This document shows, piece after piece, positions 45,829-59,253 of a stretch of 64,000 nucleotides of DNA (positions are counted from its first letter, which is position 1; every line of letters begins with the position of its first letter). The DNA lies in NCBI GenBank assembly GCA_002269645.1, contig NIVC01001808.1, forward strand, positions 1-64,000, given 5' to 3'. Under the pieces are notes generated by a model. It did no database searches, was not told the origin of the DNA, and saw nothing but the letters and a program-made list of their open reading frames with translations. The position numbers were made by a program, and so were the translations under genes. The stretch comes from Macrostomum lignano. Its lineage: Eukaryota.

Positions 45829-47358
45829 AGAAGCTGCTTTGCAAATTGAGAATAACAATAAATGTTTTCTATAATTAAAATCATGAAAAACTAAGCATTG
45901 ATAATGCAAAGTAATTCTAAATAATTTAATCTGTTAATATCATTGACTAGATGCAATATAGCTAGAATTAAATTTGCAAGCAGATTTTAGCAATGCAATG
46001 ACTGTTCTAACCACAAGGCTAGGCTTCACATGTAGTTAGCTGACGATGCATTGCACTATCTAAGCAAAGCAATAGTTACTCCCACAATCTACCTCAAGCA
46101 TTAACTGGCCTTATATTAAATTCTTTGCAAAATAAAATATATTCATGCCAAGTTGAATGTGGGTATCAAAACGAAGTTTATACAATTTACATAGATATAG
46201 CCTCATCATAGCAAGGTAGCCCTTGACCAATTGGAGGCTCCAAATTTGATAGGGTTTTACTGGCAGATGGCTCTTGATCAAATGGAGGCACCAATGGGGT
46301 TTTACTGGCAGATGGCTCCTGACCAATCAAAGGCAGGGCTATTCCAGCAGATGGCTTCTGGCTAATCAAAGGCTAGTTTAGTTAACCCCGGCACTTACTG
46401 TGCCAGGCTCAGGGTAAAACACAATGCACCACTGACTGCCCATTGATTTCAATTCTCTTATAGCACTTTGGCACTTTTGCTGCTTTGGCATATAAGACCC
46501 AAAGACAGCAGCAGCATGAATGGCAAGATGCCATGTAAAGCAATGTATACTATCATGACAAAGTCTTCAAATGGACTCCAAGATTCAATGTAGCTTGTAC
46601 ATCATCCAGTATAAAAATAAGCCAAAGAACAGAGCAATAAAGATAGTGGAGACTACACCCATCACCTTGGCCACTACAAGAATCTGAATGCAGTTATTCT
46701 TTATGGACCAAAACTGTTTGATCAAAAGTAGTATGATAACACTATCCCATATTGTAAATACAATGGCAGTAAACATGTAAAACAAGAGCATTCAAAATTT
46801 GCTAGAGACTTCCTTCTTTGTTCAACAATCCTAAGCATTTCTGGGATCAGAGGGTCACAGCCTCCAGTACTTTATGTGCTGCTAGGATCTACTTTATATT
46901 CCTCCTTAACTTCTTAATAGCATATATGGTATATTGTCCTTCTACTTCACTTTGATAGAAAATGAATTAACTCAGAGAAACTATCATCAATTATATTTAC
47001 TTGGAACTCTTCTTATTCATTGTTAACTTCCTTCTTTCTTATCAAACCATGATGGGCAAGGTTGTCTTTTCCTCCACTAAATTTACATCTATTAATACTA
47101 AATTTACTAATAGTTTTAAACAAAAATTAGTTTGCAAAATATTATGAAAAATATGCTTATATAATAAAATTGTTTCTTAGATTTTTCAAGCATTCAAAAT
47201 GGGTTATACATTTAAATAATAAAAAGAAATGGAGCCTATTACAATAGCATTTAATAGTCAAAATGCATTATAAAAATGTTGAACATTTAAACCAAAGGTA
47301 TAAAAATTTTTAAAACTTTTTATTTTATTGGACTAATTTTCAAAATTAAGGTGTCCTT

Positions 47359-47734
47359 TAGGCTTTTCATAAAGATTGGTTCTAGAACCAGAATAATTTG
47401 GATTCTAGAACCAAAATCAGTAGGAAAATGAAAAGCTTTGAATCAGTTTTGTTTGTCAGTCTTTGTAATTTAATTTTAATTTTTTCTTGACTTTGTTTCC
47501 TTTTGGATATGACAAAAAACTGAATAATTATATAATAGTAATAAAAATTGACTATTTTAAATTTATTTTACTGTTAAAGTGTAAACAAGACAATGGATTA
47601 AGAAAATTTCTCAATCCAAATTCCAGAACTAGAACACAGTTCTAGAACCAATTCTGAAAATGGAACAGACAATATGAAAAGCTTTGAACCAATTCTGGTT
47701 CTAGAAATGAAGCTAGGCTAATATGAAAAGCCTA
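47359..47734. mobile_element. Small MITE with TAGGCTTTTCATA / TATGAAAAGCCTA termini and internal GGTTCTAGAACC repeats
   Basis: 13-bp inverted termini including the flanking TA; several palindromic TTCTAGAA subterminal motifs. Confidence 0.6.
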
Positions 47735-48959
47735 GTTTTTACTTCATAAAGCAAATCCTTATACTAAAACTCTAGCGATGTTTGTCTATCTGTCTATATG
47801 TATGTAGCAAGTGAACTCCTACAATACTGCCAAGTCAGCGTTGAAACTTATATGGGAAAACTGCAAATTTTCCGGAGCAGGCTTTAGGCTATTTTAATGA
47901 GCTCTAGCTCATTGCTAAAGGGGATTATTCAAAAAACTGTATTTTCCCTATCTAATTAGTGTATTTTTTCTGCAGTGAGAGCTCAATATGTCTATGGCCA
48001 TAGACTAAACTTCAACTTATTGAGCTTTTGCTACAAGCTATAAATAATTCAAAATTCAAAATATGAGGATTCGAAAGCATACTTTTCTGCATAAGGGAAA
48101 GATATCAGTTCAACTTTTAATTGCCACTGCGTATTGGAAGGGGATCAGTCGCTATGTATTGGAGGGTTGAATTAGATTGCGCAATCTTTTTGTTAACTCT
48201 AACTGAGACCATGATATTGACTGAAAGAGAAAAAAATGCTTTTTTACCGGCCCCTTTCAACACACAGTTGTGTGTAGCTCTAACCCTAACCCTAACCCTA
48301 ACGAATGAATTCTGAGAGCTGAGTTCTGTTTGACAGAGAAATTTCGATTGAGTCCAGTTTTATGGAGAGGATTTCAATGGTGTTCAGTTTCACGGAGACG
48401 ATTTCTATTATGCGGAGAGCTGTTGGAAAATGGGATTAGGCTGATGGAGTTCAGGGAATGGAATTCCAGTGATGGGAGTTCTTCCCCTTTCTTCTCCGAA
48501 GGAGGAGTTGGCCTCGTGAAGCATAAAGCAAAAGCATAAAGCATTTATAAAGCAAACATGAGGTTCAAAAAATGGCGCATGACCAAGATGGCCACACACC
48601 AAGATGGCCACAGCTCTGAATGGCTGCTTGGATAGGAATAGGTCTATATATTTCCTCATTTCCTATTGGCTGTGATTGGGGTGGGGTATGACGTAGCTTT
48701 AAGTCTCAGAGAAAACAGAAAACAGATACAGATTTCGTTAGTGAAATTAGACTAAGTAAAACAAAAAACACTTCCCTTTACAGCAGGTATTACTACCTAC
48801 TAAAGCTAGTAGCACTACTAGCACTAGACATTTGATTTTTGTATCATGGATAATAGTTTCAAACCTATCTCAATATACTAAAACTGACGTGTTGTTTGTA
48901 TATGTTAAAAGTTAAAGGTAGAGGGTAAAGGTATTAGTTATGATAGAAGTAAGCAAAAA

Positions 48960-50220
48960 TTGGAGTGCCCTCTTGTCTCTCATCTTTTCTCTCATCTCTG
49001 CACTCTCATCTCTTATCTTTTCTCTGTCATCTCTGCCCTCTCGTCTCTAATCTTTTCTCTCTCATCTCTGCCCTCTCCTCTCTCATCTCTTGCCCTCTCC
49101 TCTCATCTATTCTCTCTCATGTCTGCCCTCTTCTCTCTTTTCTCTCTCATCTCTGCCCTCTCCTGTATCATCTTTCTCTCTCTCATCTCTGTCCTTTCCT
49201 CTCATCTCTTGCCCTCTCTCTCTTATCTATTCTCTCTCTCATGTCTGCCCTCTCCTCTCATCTTTTCTCTTTCATGTCTGCCCTCTCCTCTCATCTTTTC
49301 TCTCTCTCATCTCTGCCCTCTCCTCTCTCCTCTCCTCACCTCTCACCTCTCCTCTCTCCTCTCTTCTCTCCTCACCTCTTTGCTCTCATCTTCCTTTTCC
49401 TCTTCATTCTCTTCTCCCTTTCCTCCTTTCTCCTCTCCATTAATCTCCCTTCTCCTCTCTCTCCGCTCGTATTTAATCTCTCCTCTCATCAACTCTCTTC
49501 TCCTTTATTCCTTCGCCTCTCCTTTATCCTATGCTTGTATTTCTCTTCTCTATTCCTTACCCTCTCTCCTCACCTCTGGCCTGCTCTGTCATCAGGACTC
49601 CTCGCTTCGCTTTGGGGGCCAACGAAGCGGCCACTAGAAGGGCAGTCATGAGCTGGGTTCTCAATCGAGGTAAAAATTTTGCCAACCCCTGCACTAAAAG
49701 CACCTGGCTTAGTCACATTAGATAAAAACTACATGTATAGTGGAATGGGATTGAGAACAACGTGAACTAGCCTCTCTACTCTCAACCTCTACTCTCAGCC
49801 TCTATCTACTCTCAACCTCTCTATTCTCAGCCTCTCCACTCTCAGCCTCTCTCTACTCTCAGCCTCTATCCACTCTCAACCTCTATCCCCAGCCCCTCTC
49901 TACTCTCAGCCTCTACTTTCATCTTCTCTCTCAGCTCAGCTTTTATCTAGTTCTAAAATCTGAAGTCATACTCAAACAAAAACTTGTCTTTCGAAAACAT
50001 GTATCAGCAAAATCTCTGGCCTGCTGTCTCTCTCTATGTCCCTTGGATCCTTTGAAACTTCTATCTTATCTTCTCTTTTGTTTCCTCTCTCTTTTCTCTT
50101 CTTCTCTTCTTTCCTATCTCCTCTCTCCCATCTTCTCTCGTCGATCTTCCCTCACCTCTCTTCTCTTTCATCTTTGCTCTCTCTTCTCATTTATCTCTGG
50201 TCTCCACTCTCTCCCCTTAG
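48960..50220. repeat. CT-rich low-complexity tracts (48960-49570, 49770-49930, 50030-50220)
   Basis: Direct reading. Confidence 0.85.
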
Positions 50221-50654
50221 GAAAGAAGGAAAGATAGGAAAGATAGATAGCAAACATAGGAAAGAAGCCTATGTTTGAAAAAGTGCCCGACTTGTACCAA
50301 CTGAGGCCAGCTAGAAGGCAACGCGGGAGAGATATTGTTGTAGAATATCCAATCGAGAATGTGCCCACCCACCTTCTGGTGGATGGGGGCAGTGCGCTGT
50401 CTTTGCTAAGAGCCAAAGACTATTCTAAAAAAATCACTGGAAGGAGCGTGGAGGCTATGTCATGCCATTAAAGCTTATAGGACTGAGAAAATTTATTTAT
50501 TAGGAGTTAGTCTCCCGTTCGACCCCCGCTGAGTGGCAGAATGGTAGTCAGCCTGTGATTGCTTAATCCCCTCCCAATTAGCGTATTGAAAGTTTGCTCA
50601 TGTTGCCCCATTGGATACCGCTTTTCGCTTATCATCCATCAGATGGCCAAGGTC

Positions 50655-51166
50655 TCATTGGGCATACTGCACTAGAAGGTCTTTTCCGTGACTGCATCCT
50701 GCACCTGTAAGAATCTCAAAGGGCTGGGGAGGTGGGCTGCGGGGCGGTGCAAGCTCTGCTGGAGGAATTTGAATGGATTCTTCCAGAGCTGGATCAGGGT
50801 CATTGAAATCTGGATACTGCATGGTAAAGAAAATTTTCTGCTTGTGCCGGAATCAAATGCACTGGTTCTGGATTTTAAGCAGGCAGAGGAACAGCCACTG
50901 GTCCAGAATTCGGGGCTTGTACATGTACCACTGCAGCATCTGCAGCTTGAGACACTGCTATGTTACCTGCAGGAGCCCGTCTATTGCATTGATTGCAAAG
51001 CCAGAAAAACTCACTGACATTTCTCATTGCAGAATACTAATCGATTGTGACGCGACTATCACATGCACGCGCGGTGCTGCCAATTCAAGCATTGAGAACA
51101 CTCAATTGCTTCTTGTCCATCGCAAACTGGCTGCAGACAGACCACACATGGATATGTGCCTGCCAT
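50655..51166 (-). pseudogene. Degenerate PHD-finger plus FLYWCH-like fragment, probable MULE/Mutator-type transposase relic
   Basis: MAGTYPCVVCLQPVCDGQEAIECSQCLNWQHRACM* (51166-51059) is a clear PHD N-half. Downstream QPFEILTGAGCSHGKDLLV resembles the start of FLYWCH domains. Stops and frameshifts are present. Confidence 0.55.
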
Positions 51167-52134
51167 TTTGTATCTAAGTGCTTAGACTGCTGTCAGTGAA
51201 TGAGACAGATGAATTTTGAACAGGGCATGAAATTTACCCAGTTTTTATCCCTTTAAACAAGTAAATTAGTCTCGACCAATAAGAGAAATGGAAAAAAGCT
51301 ACACCAGATTTTATATGAAGAGATTTGTTTAATGCGAAATACATTTACACCTCTTAGGGCCCTACTATAAGTAGGAAATTAAGACTCGTAACCATTTTTG
51401 TCTTTAGCCCTGCAATATGCTAATAAAATTGTGACTGCCTGTCTAAACCCCCCCCCATGGCAACCCCACATCTCCCCACCCGAAGCTATCCAATAGTAAA
51501 CCAGCTGTCATTTTCCGTGACCCCCACCTCAGCTGTGGCCATCTTGGTGTGTGGCCATCTTGGTCTTACACCCAAAAAATGAAATAGAAAAAATATTAAA
51601 AAATAGGAATAGGCCTAGCTTTCAAAATGTCACTAGAGTCACTACCAAAATGCTTAGGTTAGGCCAGGGCTTTAGGCTTAACATTTTGACTTGGCATACA
51701 ATTAGAAGACTTGGTATGTAATGCAATTTTGCTAGCCTAATAATAGCCCTAATTAGGCTCTAATATTAAGTTTATTGAATAAATAACAAAGATAAAGCCT
51801 ATATTCTATATTGTCATAATATTAGATAGCACATGACCAAGATGGCACAGCTCTAAATTAATATTAGAGAGAGAGTAGATATAATAGAGATTAGAGTTTA
51901 GAGATTCAATGTGGCCATCTTGGTTATGGTCATAGGTCATCCACTCTATTAGACCAATAAGTGTATAAATTACTCGAGGCTGAATTATTTAATATGTGAC
52001 ATACGCTCGATAAAAAATCTAGTAAAATTTTATGATTTTAAAAAAAATTAGTAGCCAGTAGAAACCACTTCAGGAAAATTTGCCCTTGACAATTATGGTT
52101 GAAATTGAACACTAAATGTCTTTATAGGAAACTT

Positions 52135-55100
52135 GTAGTAGTAGTAGTAGTAGTAGTAGTAAGTTGGCTCAGGCAAGAAGCCTGTTTGGCCAGTATATTT
52201 CTGTGTATTTAAGTTATTTTAGCATTAGTTGTTTAATTACGATTAAGTTCAAAAGGTTAAATTTGTTCAAAAGGTTAAATTTTTACACGAGTTACGATGC
52301 GAGTTACGATATTTGTAAAATTATTAAGGTATTTGAAAGAGCGTTTTTTGTAAAAAGATATAGTATTTTGCAAGCGCGCAATATTTCAAAGCGTGAAAAA
52401 CGAACGAAAAATGAACAAAAACGAACTTCGAAAGAAATTTACGTTAAACGAATAGCAACGATTTAAATAGGTATTAGATAGGAAACTAATTAAATATTAA
52501 TTAAATGCTAATTAAATAGGAAATTAAAAAGACAGTAAATGATTAAACAAAAGAAAAGAAAAGCGGATTTATTACACTGCTGATATGTCTGTTTCAGTTT
52601 GCATTAACTGTTTTAGCTATTCATGACTTCATATATTTTAGCTACACCAGTGACCAGTGAGCTCTTTTCTGACTCTTTTTTCATTTGTAGCATATCCTAA
52701 CTTGTGTACTTGCTTGTCATTTAAGAGGTACTGACAGAAGTATTTTTTTCTGATCTTTTCAGTTTGTGGACATTCGGTCAAGTAGTGTAGGATATCGGAA
52801 CCATTTCTCGCTCCACACAGTCTACATGCTTCATGAGAGAAAATGTTGGGTGTAATTTCGCATTTCAGTTTTAGGAGGGTTGTTAAGAATTTTTTGTTTC
52901 TAAAAGTGCATGGAAAGTAATCTGAAAGGTCGGGCCTGCAGATTTTTTTGTAGAGATATGCGTTTTTGTAGAGTTTAATATGTTGCTGATTCTCTAGCTT
53001 TTGGCTAAGTTCTCTTTCTCTGTGTATCTTGAGGTGCTTTTTCACTAGGTAGGCCGGCCTATTTCTCGTTATTAAAGCTTTGGGAAAGTTTATCTTCAGT
53101 TAGTGCTTTTAAGTCTATACTTTCCAGTTTCTTTAGTACATTTGTTTTCCATGGATTTTTTTGGCTGGTGTTTGAGTAGAAAATTTCTAGAGTTGTTTGG
53201 CAGAGTTTTTTGTGTCTAATCTTCAGCCAGTAGATGAGGTAGGTTTTAGCGATTCGTTGAGAGATTGGAGTAAGCTCAAGTTCTGATGATATCACACTGT
53301 TGCTAGCAAATTTTGGTAGATTGAGGAGATATTTGTAGAATTTCAGCTGAATATTATCAATAGCTTTTGTATCAGACATGGTAGCCAGAGGGCCCCAGAG
53401 CTCACAACCATAAGTGATAACGGGGGTAACAAGCGCGTCAAATAGTCTGCGAATGAGTGTGATGTCTAGGGACGTATTCTTTACCCTATGGAGTAGGGAA
53501 AACATGGCTGTATATCCCTGCTTAGTTTGGTGTTCAATACATTTTTTAAAGCTGTTTTTTGGTTCAAAAATAATTCCCAGGTATTTAAATTCATTTACTT
53601 CCTCTATTTCTTGGTTGTCGTAGTATATTTTTGTAGCAATGCTTTCTGCGTCGTTTTTTTGTCTGGTATTGCCCTGCATGAACTTTGTTTTGCTTGTGTT
53701 TACTTTTAAGTAATTTTGTTTGCAGTAATTTTCCATAGTCGTAAATGTGTCTTGAAGTTCGTCTTTGTTTTTAGCTAGAATGGCTTGATCGTCTGCAAAG
53801 AGTAGGATGAATGGGAAAGCAGATCTCATAAGAGAGCGCCTAGCGCTAGAGAGTTCAAGATATTCAACAATGTCGTCAATATATAGTTCAAAAAGGATGG
53901 TAGAGAGAGGGTTGCCTTGAAGAACACCTTTTGATATTGGGATTGGCTGGGTTTCATCATCATCATCATCATTTTTTAGAATGAAGCAGGCATTTTTATG
54001 CATGTTCTTGATAAGTTCCGTCATTTGACCTTTAATACCCTGGTTATCCGTTTTGTGCCAAAGGGTTGGTTGATTTAAGCTATCGAAGGCTTTTTCATAG
54101 TCAACAAATCCAATAAAGAGTTCTTCTTTGTTGTAGATGGATTGGTTTATAATGTTGTAAAGATTAAAACATTGGTCGATTGTGTTGTGATTGGGCTTGA
54201 AACCGTATTGGTATTTTGATATAAGATTGTTTGCATATGCTAGGTTTTCGAGTCTGGATTTAATAATTTGGCAAAAGAGCTTGCCAAGAATTGGTTGAAT
54301 GCAGATTCCTCTGTAATTGTTGGGGTCGGCACTGCTGCCTTTGTTTTTATAAATCGGATGAAGTGTATTTGTTATCCAACTAGTTGGGAAGGTTCCTTGT
54401 TTGAGTGCTTCGTTGAAAAGTGAGCATAGGAGGTCAGCAAGTTCGTTCTCAAGGTATTTGAGTGTTTCTACATATACTTTATCATGCCCAGGTGCTTTGT
54501 CGGTTTTGAGCTTTTTAATATGTTTTATAACTTCTTCTTTGGTGAATGGGGCATTGAAATCTTCTAAATCAGCAAGAATAGGGTTGTCAAGGTGAAGATT
54601 GTATGAAAGTCTAATGCTGCTGTCTTGTTCAGTTACAAGATTTTGAAAGTGTATGATAAATTTTTCATCAATTGTTACTCTGTTGTTTGAGGGATTTGGT
54701 GTTTTTAATAAGTTCCAGAGTTGTTTTGTATCATTTTGAATAAAGGCTTGGTTGATCATGTTGTCTGCACAGAGAGTTGTTTCAAATTTCCATGAAGTGA
54801 GCTTTTTTTCATATGCTTTTTTGAGTTGTACTTTGCTTGAGAGGTTGTTGGGAGTAGGGAAGGTTTTATATCTTCTGCAGGCATGTCTAGCAGCGTTTCT
54901 TAAATCTTTAAGGAAGCGAGGCAGTGTTGAGCATAGTGGGTTCTTTATCTCTACTGTGATGTTGTTTTGAATTTGTCTAACTTTTCTACTTAATTCATTT
55001 ATAAAAGCTGGGTTTTGTATGTCTAGATTTGTGATTTTGTCATTCATGTTTTTCAGGTCATTTGCGAAGTTATTGATATGTTTTTCTTGTTGCAGGTTGG

Positions 55101-56400
55101 GTCTATGTGACTTTTTTAGGACTCTGTATCTCGTTTTCGAGTTATTGGTTGCTTGTTTAGTTTCTGTGATTTCCTCTGTGAATTCACTTGATAGGGAGAG
55201 CACTATTTGGTTGTGGTCGCTAAAGTAGGTGTGGTTCTTTACTTTAAAGTCTTCGAGGTGTTGGAGTAAGCTGGTAGAGACGAAACAGAGATCTATAACA
55301 GAGGAACCAGATTTTGAGAGAAAAGTGAATTCACCATTTGTGTCTGATAATGATCTACCATTGATTAGATGCAGGTTGTATGAGTCAGCAATCTGGTTAA
55401 GTAGTCTACCATTTTTGCAGGTTTTCTTGTCTTGGCTTTGTCTAGTAAGTAAGATGTTTTTTGCTCTGGTGGTATATATTGAATTTAAATCTATGTACGA
55501 GGTATTGTATATATGAGCATTGAAGTCTCCAATAAGGAAGATGTTTTCTTCGGAGTGGTAAGCATCCAGGAGAATTGTTAACTGTTCCCAATTTTCTTCT
55601 TCATAATATTTTGAAGACAGTGGGGGTATATAGGCGTTTATTAAGGTAAAGCTTTTGTTTTTATCCTTTTTGTGTTTAAAATTTAGTGTCAAGAAGTTTT
55701 TATAATGTTTGAATGATTCTGTAACATTGTATTGTGTATCTAGTGACTTTTTGTAAGCTGTTAATAATCCACCAGAAGCTCTGCCAATGAATTTACAGCC
55801 TTTTTTGTTTGCAGGCTTTTGGTATGTCATGTAGTTTTCAGACAGGTTGTTGATTTTGAGTCGCTTGTTTTCATTTTTTGTGTCTATTATCCAAGTTTCT
55901 TGAAGGCAGAGAATATTATTCTTAAAAATTGATTCAGTTTCCAGTAGTTCAAGTTTGGGAATCATCACAGAGTCTTTTATTGTGTAAAGTCCATTGATAT
56001 TCCAGCTGCTAATAGTAAATTTTTCTTTATCAATTTTTTGGATAATATTAAATTCAAGGAGTTTTGATTTGATATTGTAAGGAATTTTTTTGATCTTTTG
56101 AGCATTGTTATTTCTAATAGAAATGAGGTACTCTCTAGTGTATTGTATCCGCTTTTCATTTGCCTGGATAATATTTTGACTATTTTGACCATTAAGTGTT
56201 GGGGTATTTAAGTCACAGCCAACCAACTTGTTAACGTTGGTCAAGAAGAATTGAATTACTGCTTTATCAATTATGTACCTCATAAAAACAAAACGTTTTA
56301 TAAAAGAGCGGGCATAGACAAAATATCAAAAAAAATTACTTAGTTAAGGTTATGCTAACGAAAAAAAACAAGCTAATTAGCTCCCTTTTGATAGTCTACT
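52135..56400 (-). mobile_element. Non-LTR retrotransposon (LINE), AT-rich, with a (TAC)n 3' tail; clade not determined
   Basis: APE-RT ORF, 3' UTR, and (GTA)9 at 52135-52161 as the minus-strand tail. The 5' boundary is approximate. Confidence 0.9.
52638..56283 (-). CDS. LINE ORF2: APE endonuclease, reverse transcriptase and C-terminal CCHC knuckle; one frameshift near 53060
   Basis: SWNINGL..LCLQETW..NAYIPP..IGDFNAH..SVIDL..SDHNQI (APE); KAPGHD..YRGICI..QYGF..FVDYEKAFDS..GVLQGNPLS..LLFADD..FKYLG (RT); CRLC..ILHYLTEC in ORF 52638-53045. Confidence 0.93.
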
Positions 56401-57479
56401 GTCTGCCTATAATCTATAGTCAGCTTGTATGGAATAAAAATTGAATATGAATTTTAAAAATGCATTAGAGTGACGAAAGTAAAATTTTAAACCAGTTACC
56501 AGTGTCAAGCAATTCGTAATAGGATGAAAGATAGATTAAAATTTTCTGCGTGATGAATAAACTAAAAATGCAAGCTAGATCAATAGCTTATTTTTTCTTC
56601 TACCATTTAGCCATAGACCACAGCCCCTGGCCTTGGGGCCTTCTGTAGCTATTTGACTTAGCTAGCTAGCTACCAAGCCTACTTATACATCACCTAGGGA
56701 CATAAGCCTATGCAAGAATGAAAATATGCTATTCTGCATATTTCTTAGACCTATATAATCTTTATTTGATAATGAAATTAGTTCTAGCTTTCTAGGCAGG
56801 TTACAAGGCCTAGGGGCTAGGCCTAATAAATATTGAAATATTAAAAAAAATTAAAATGTAAAACAGTAGGCCCTAAAGGACCTAGGCTTATTGAAAATTA
56901 AATTAATGCTACATACTAGCACCTTTCACTTTAGCCTTGGGTAAGGCCTAACCAATCTAGACTGTCTAGCAAATTGAAAGATATGAAAAAGTCATATCTT
57001 ATACCATAGGCTAGTCACTAGTCCCATGCTGATGACAAAAAGTTATCTATATAAAGCCATGCAATTAGTTTCTCACTTATTCCTGCATAGGCCTAGCCAA
57101 TAGTAGACATTAACTTATATAGCAATTTACCTAGACCTACCAATTCTTATCATTGTCTTACTCTTAATTAATAATAATACAATTTTTAATCCTAAGTCCT
57201 TAACATTCTTAGGAATTTTATTTTCATTTGCTTTATTTGCTAGAGATAGGATGGCATATGACGAAGATAGCCACTTACTAAGATGGCCATAGCTCTAAAT
57301 ATCTAAATAAATAATAATAAGCCTAGGTCTACTTAGTAGGATTAATTAGGGAGAGTAATTAGGGAGATAGATAGTATAACTATAATGGAATTATATTACA
57401 TTACAATCATTCCCTTTGACTTTGGCTTTAGCTTTTATTGTACATAGCCTGGCCTATATATATATTTATCTATATACAT

Positions 57480-57661
57480 GCGCAACTTTGGGAATCACCT
57501 GGCCATTTCTATTGGCAACACACACATGTAAGTCGCTATTGGCTGAGAGCAGTCATGTGACTGCTATTTTGTCCAATGACACGTGACTGCTATTCTGTCC
57601 AATAGCGACTTACATGTGTGTATTGCCAATAGAAATGGCCGAGTGAATCCCAAGGTTGCGC
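57480..57661. mobile_element. Foldback/MITE-like element with ~63-bp inverted arms and a 56-bp spacer
   Basis: 57480-57542 is the near-perfect reverse complement of 57599-57661. Confidence 0.75.
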
Positions 57662-59253
57662 CCAAGCATGTTTATCTAGGCCTACTAAATAAAGCAAGTA
57701 GCCTAGTATAAAATAAATACCTTGATGCATATTTATCCCTTTTTGCATAGCATTACCATTAGGCACTAGCAATGGTTTCTTGATAAACTGATTATGATAG
57801 ATTTGGACACATGCATCCTCGCAGTCTAGGCTACTAGTTTATTATTATTATGCTTAGTGGATTATAACTATATTGTGTTTGGTAGGTTGCTGCCATTAGA
57901 CTCTTGATATTCCCTAATCATAGTATGTTTGTAATTAAAGAACTGAGTTAGAATGCCAATATAATATTTTAGTCCAACAAAATAACTGTTAAATAAAGAA
58001 AATGTTTTTGTACCAAAGATAGTCCTTGACATTAATTCCATTTTTTCTAAGTGCTTGGGCACAACTTTTAGTTTTAGACGCAAGAATATAGTATAAATTC
58101 TAATTCTTATTTTCTTATCCCCTTATTATCCCCTTTACCTTTAAAGTTTCTAAGGTTGAGCTTCAGAATATAGTATAGGTGTTTTCTTTTTCTTTTTCTT
58201 TCTTTAATATGCAGGGACTTAATAATATGAGCCCTGTACATCAGCCATTGAGCAAGCTCTTATGCAACTTTTTAATTTGAATTGAGTATTTGTAAAAGTA
58301 TATGTTTAAAAATTGAATATGTTTAAAAAATGCAATATTCCAATTATCAATCTTTTTCTTTTCCCTTTCTTCTTTTTTTAATATGTACAAGTGTTTTAGC
58401 TCCTAACCAGGACTCTTATGATAATATTTTACATTTAGTTTTTGAGTTTAATATTTTTCTTTTCCTAAGAACTGCTCTGTATTAGTAAAGAAGCCCAAAA
58501 CTCGCAGTTTACCTCTGCTATAATTACTTTCCCTAGCCAAACTACTGACAGTAATGTAAAAGCATCTTTGTCCTATGTCTAAATTATGCCCCTAAACTAT
58601 GTCCTATTACAGATTTAATAGATAGAAAGATAGGGAATAAATTGGTATAAACACAAAAAAGATTAAAGTTTTTGTATTATGGGTAAGGGTTATTAGTTTC
58701 AAATCTATTATTATTGTATTAGTATTTATGAATATGATTGATAAAACATAATTAATATATCAATAGCTATTAAGTTGCCAATTAATAGTTGAGAGTAGAT
58801 ATAATAGAGATTCAATGTGGTCTTACACTCTATTAGACCAATACGTGTATAAATTACTTAAGACTGAATTATTTATTATGTGATATAATCTCAATAAAAA
58901 ATGATGTTTAAAACAAAAACCATCAGCCCTGAAAGCCAACTATCTAGCCTAAGATATCAGCATCCCATATGAGCTTTGGTTTGAAAGCATCCAAGCAACC
59001 CTCACAAGCCATAGCATTTCAGCAATGCCCCATGAGCCTTGACATCTTGGCATTTTCCCTGACACAGATAAAGTAAAAATGAAGTACTTAGGAGTTTACT
59101 CAGTAAAGTAAAAGCTGATTCTCAGCAAATAATCTCGTAGCAGTAGTATAATTTTTATTGTTTAAATCTAATTCATGACCTATCAATCAGTGCAGATGAA
59201 GCATTATAATTGCATAGGACGGCAAACTGCTCTTTGATCACTTAAGGCCAGTC

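Noticed and set aside
48281-48302. (TAACCC)3-4 telomere-like repeat; also TTAGGG-like words in the 32578-32875 array
   Set aside because: Too short or too degenerate to indicate a telomere or fusion site.
48960-49725. Ser/Leu-rich 225-228 aa ORFs
   Set aside because: CT-rich low-complexity DNA.
50271-50471. LLVDGGSALSLL resembling a retropepsin DxG motif
   Set aside because: Isolated short match in a 66-aa ORF with no gag, RT or LTR context.
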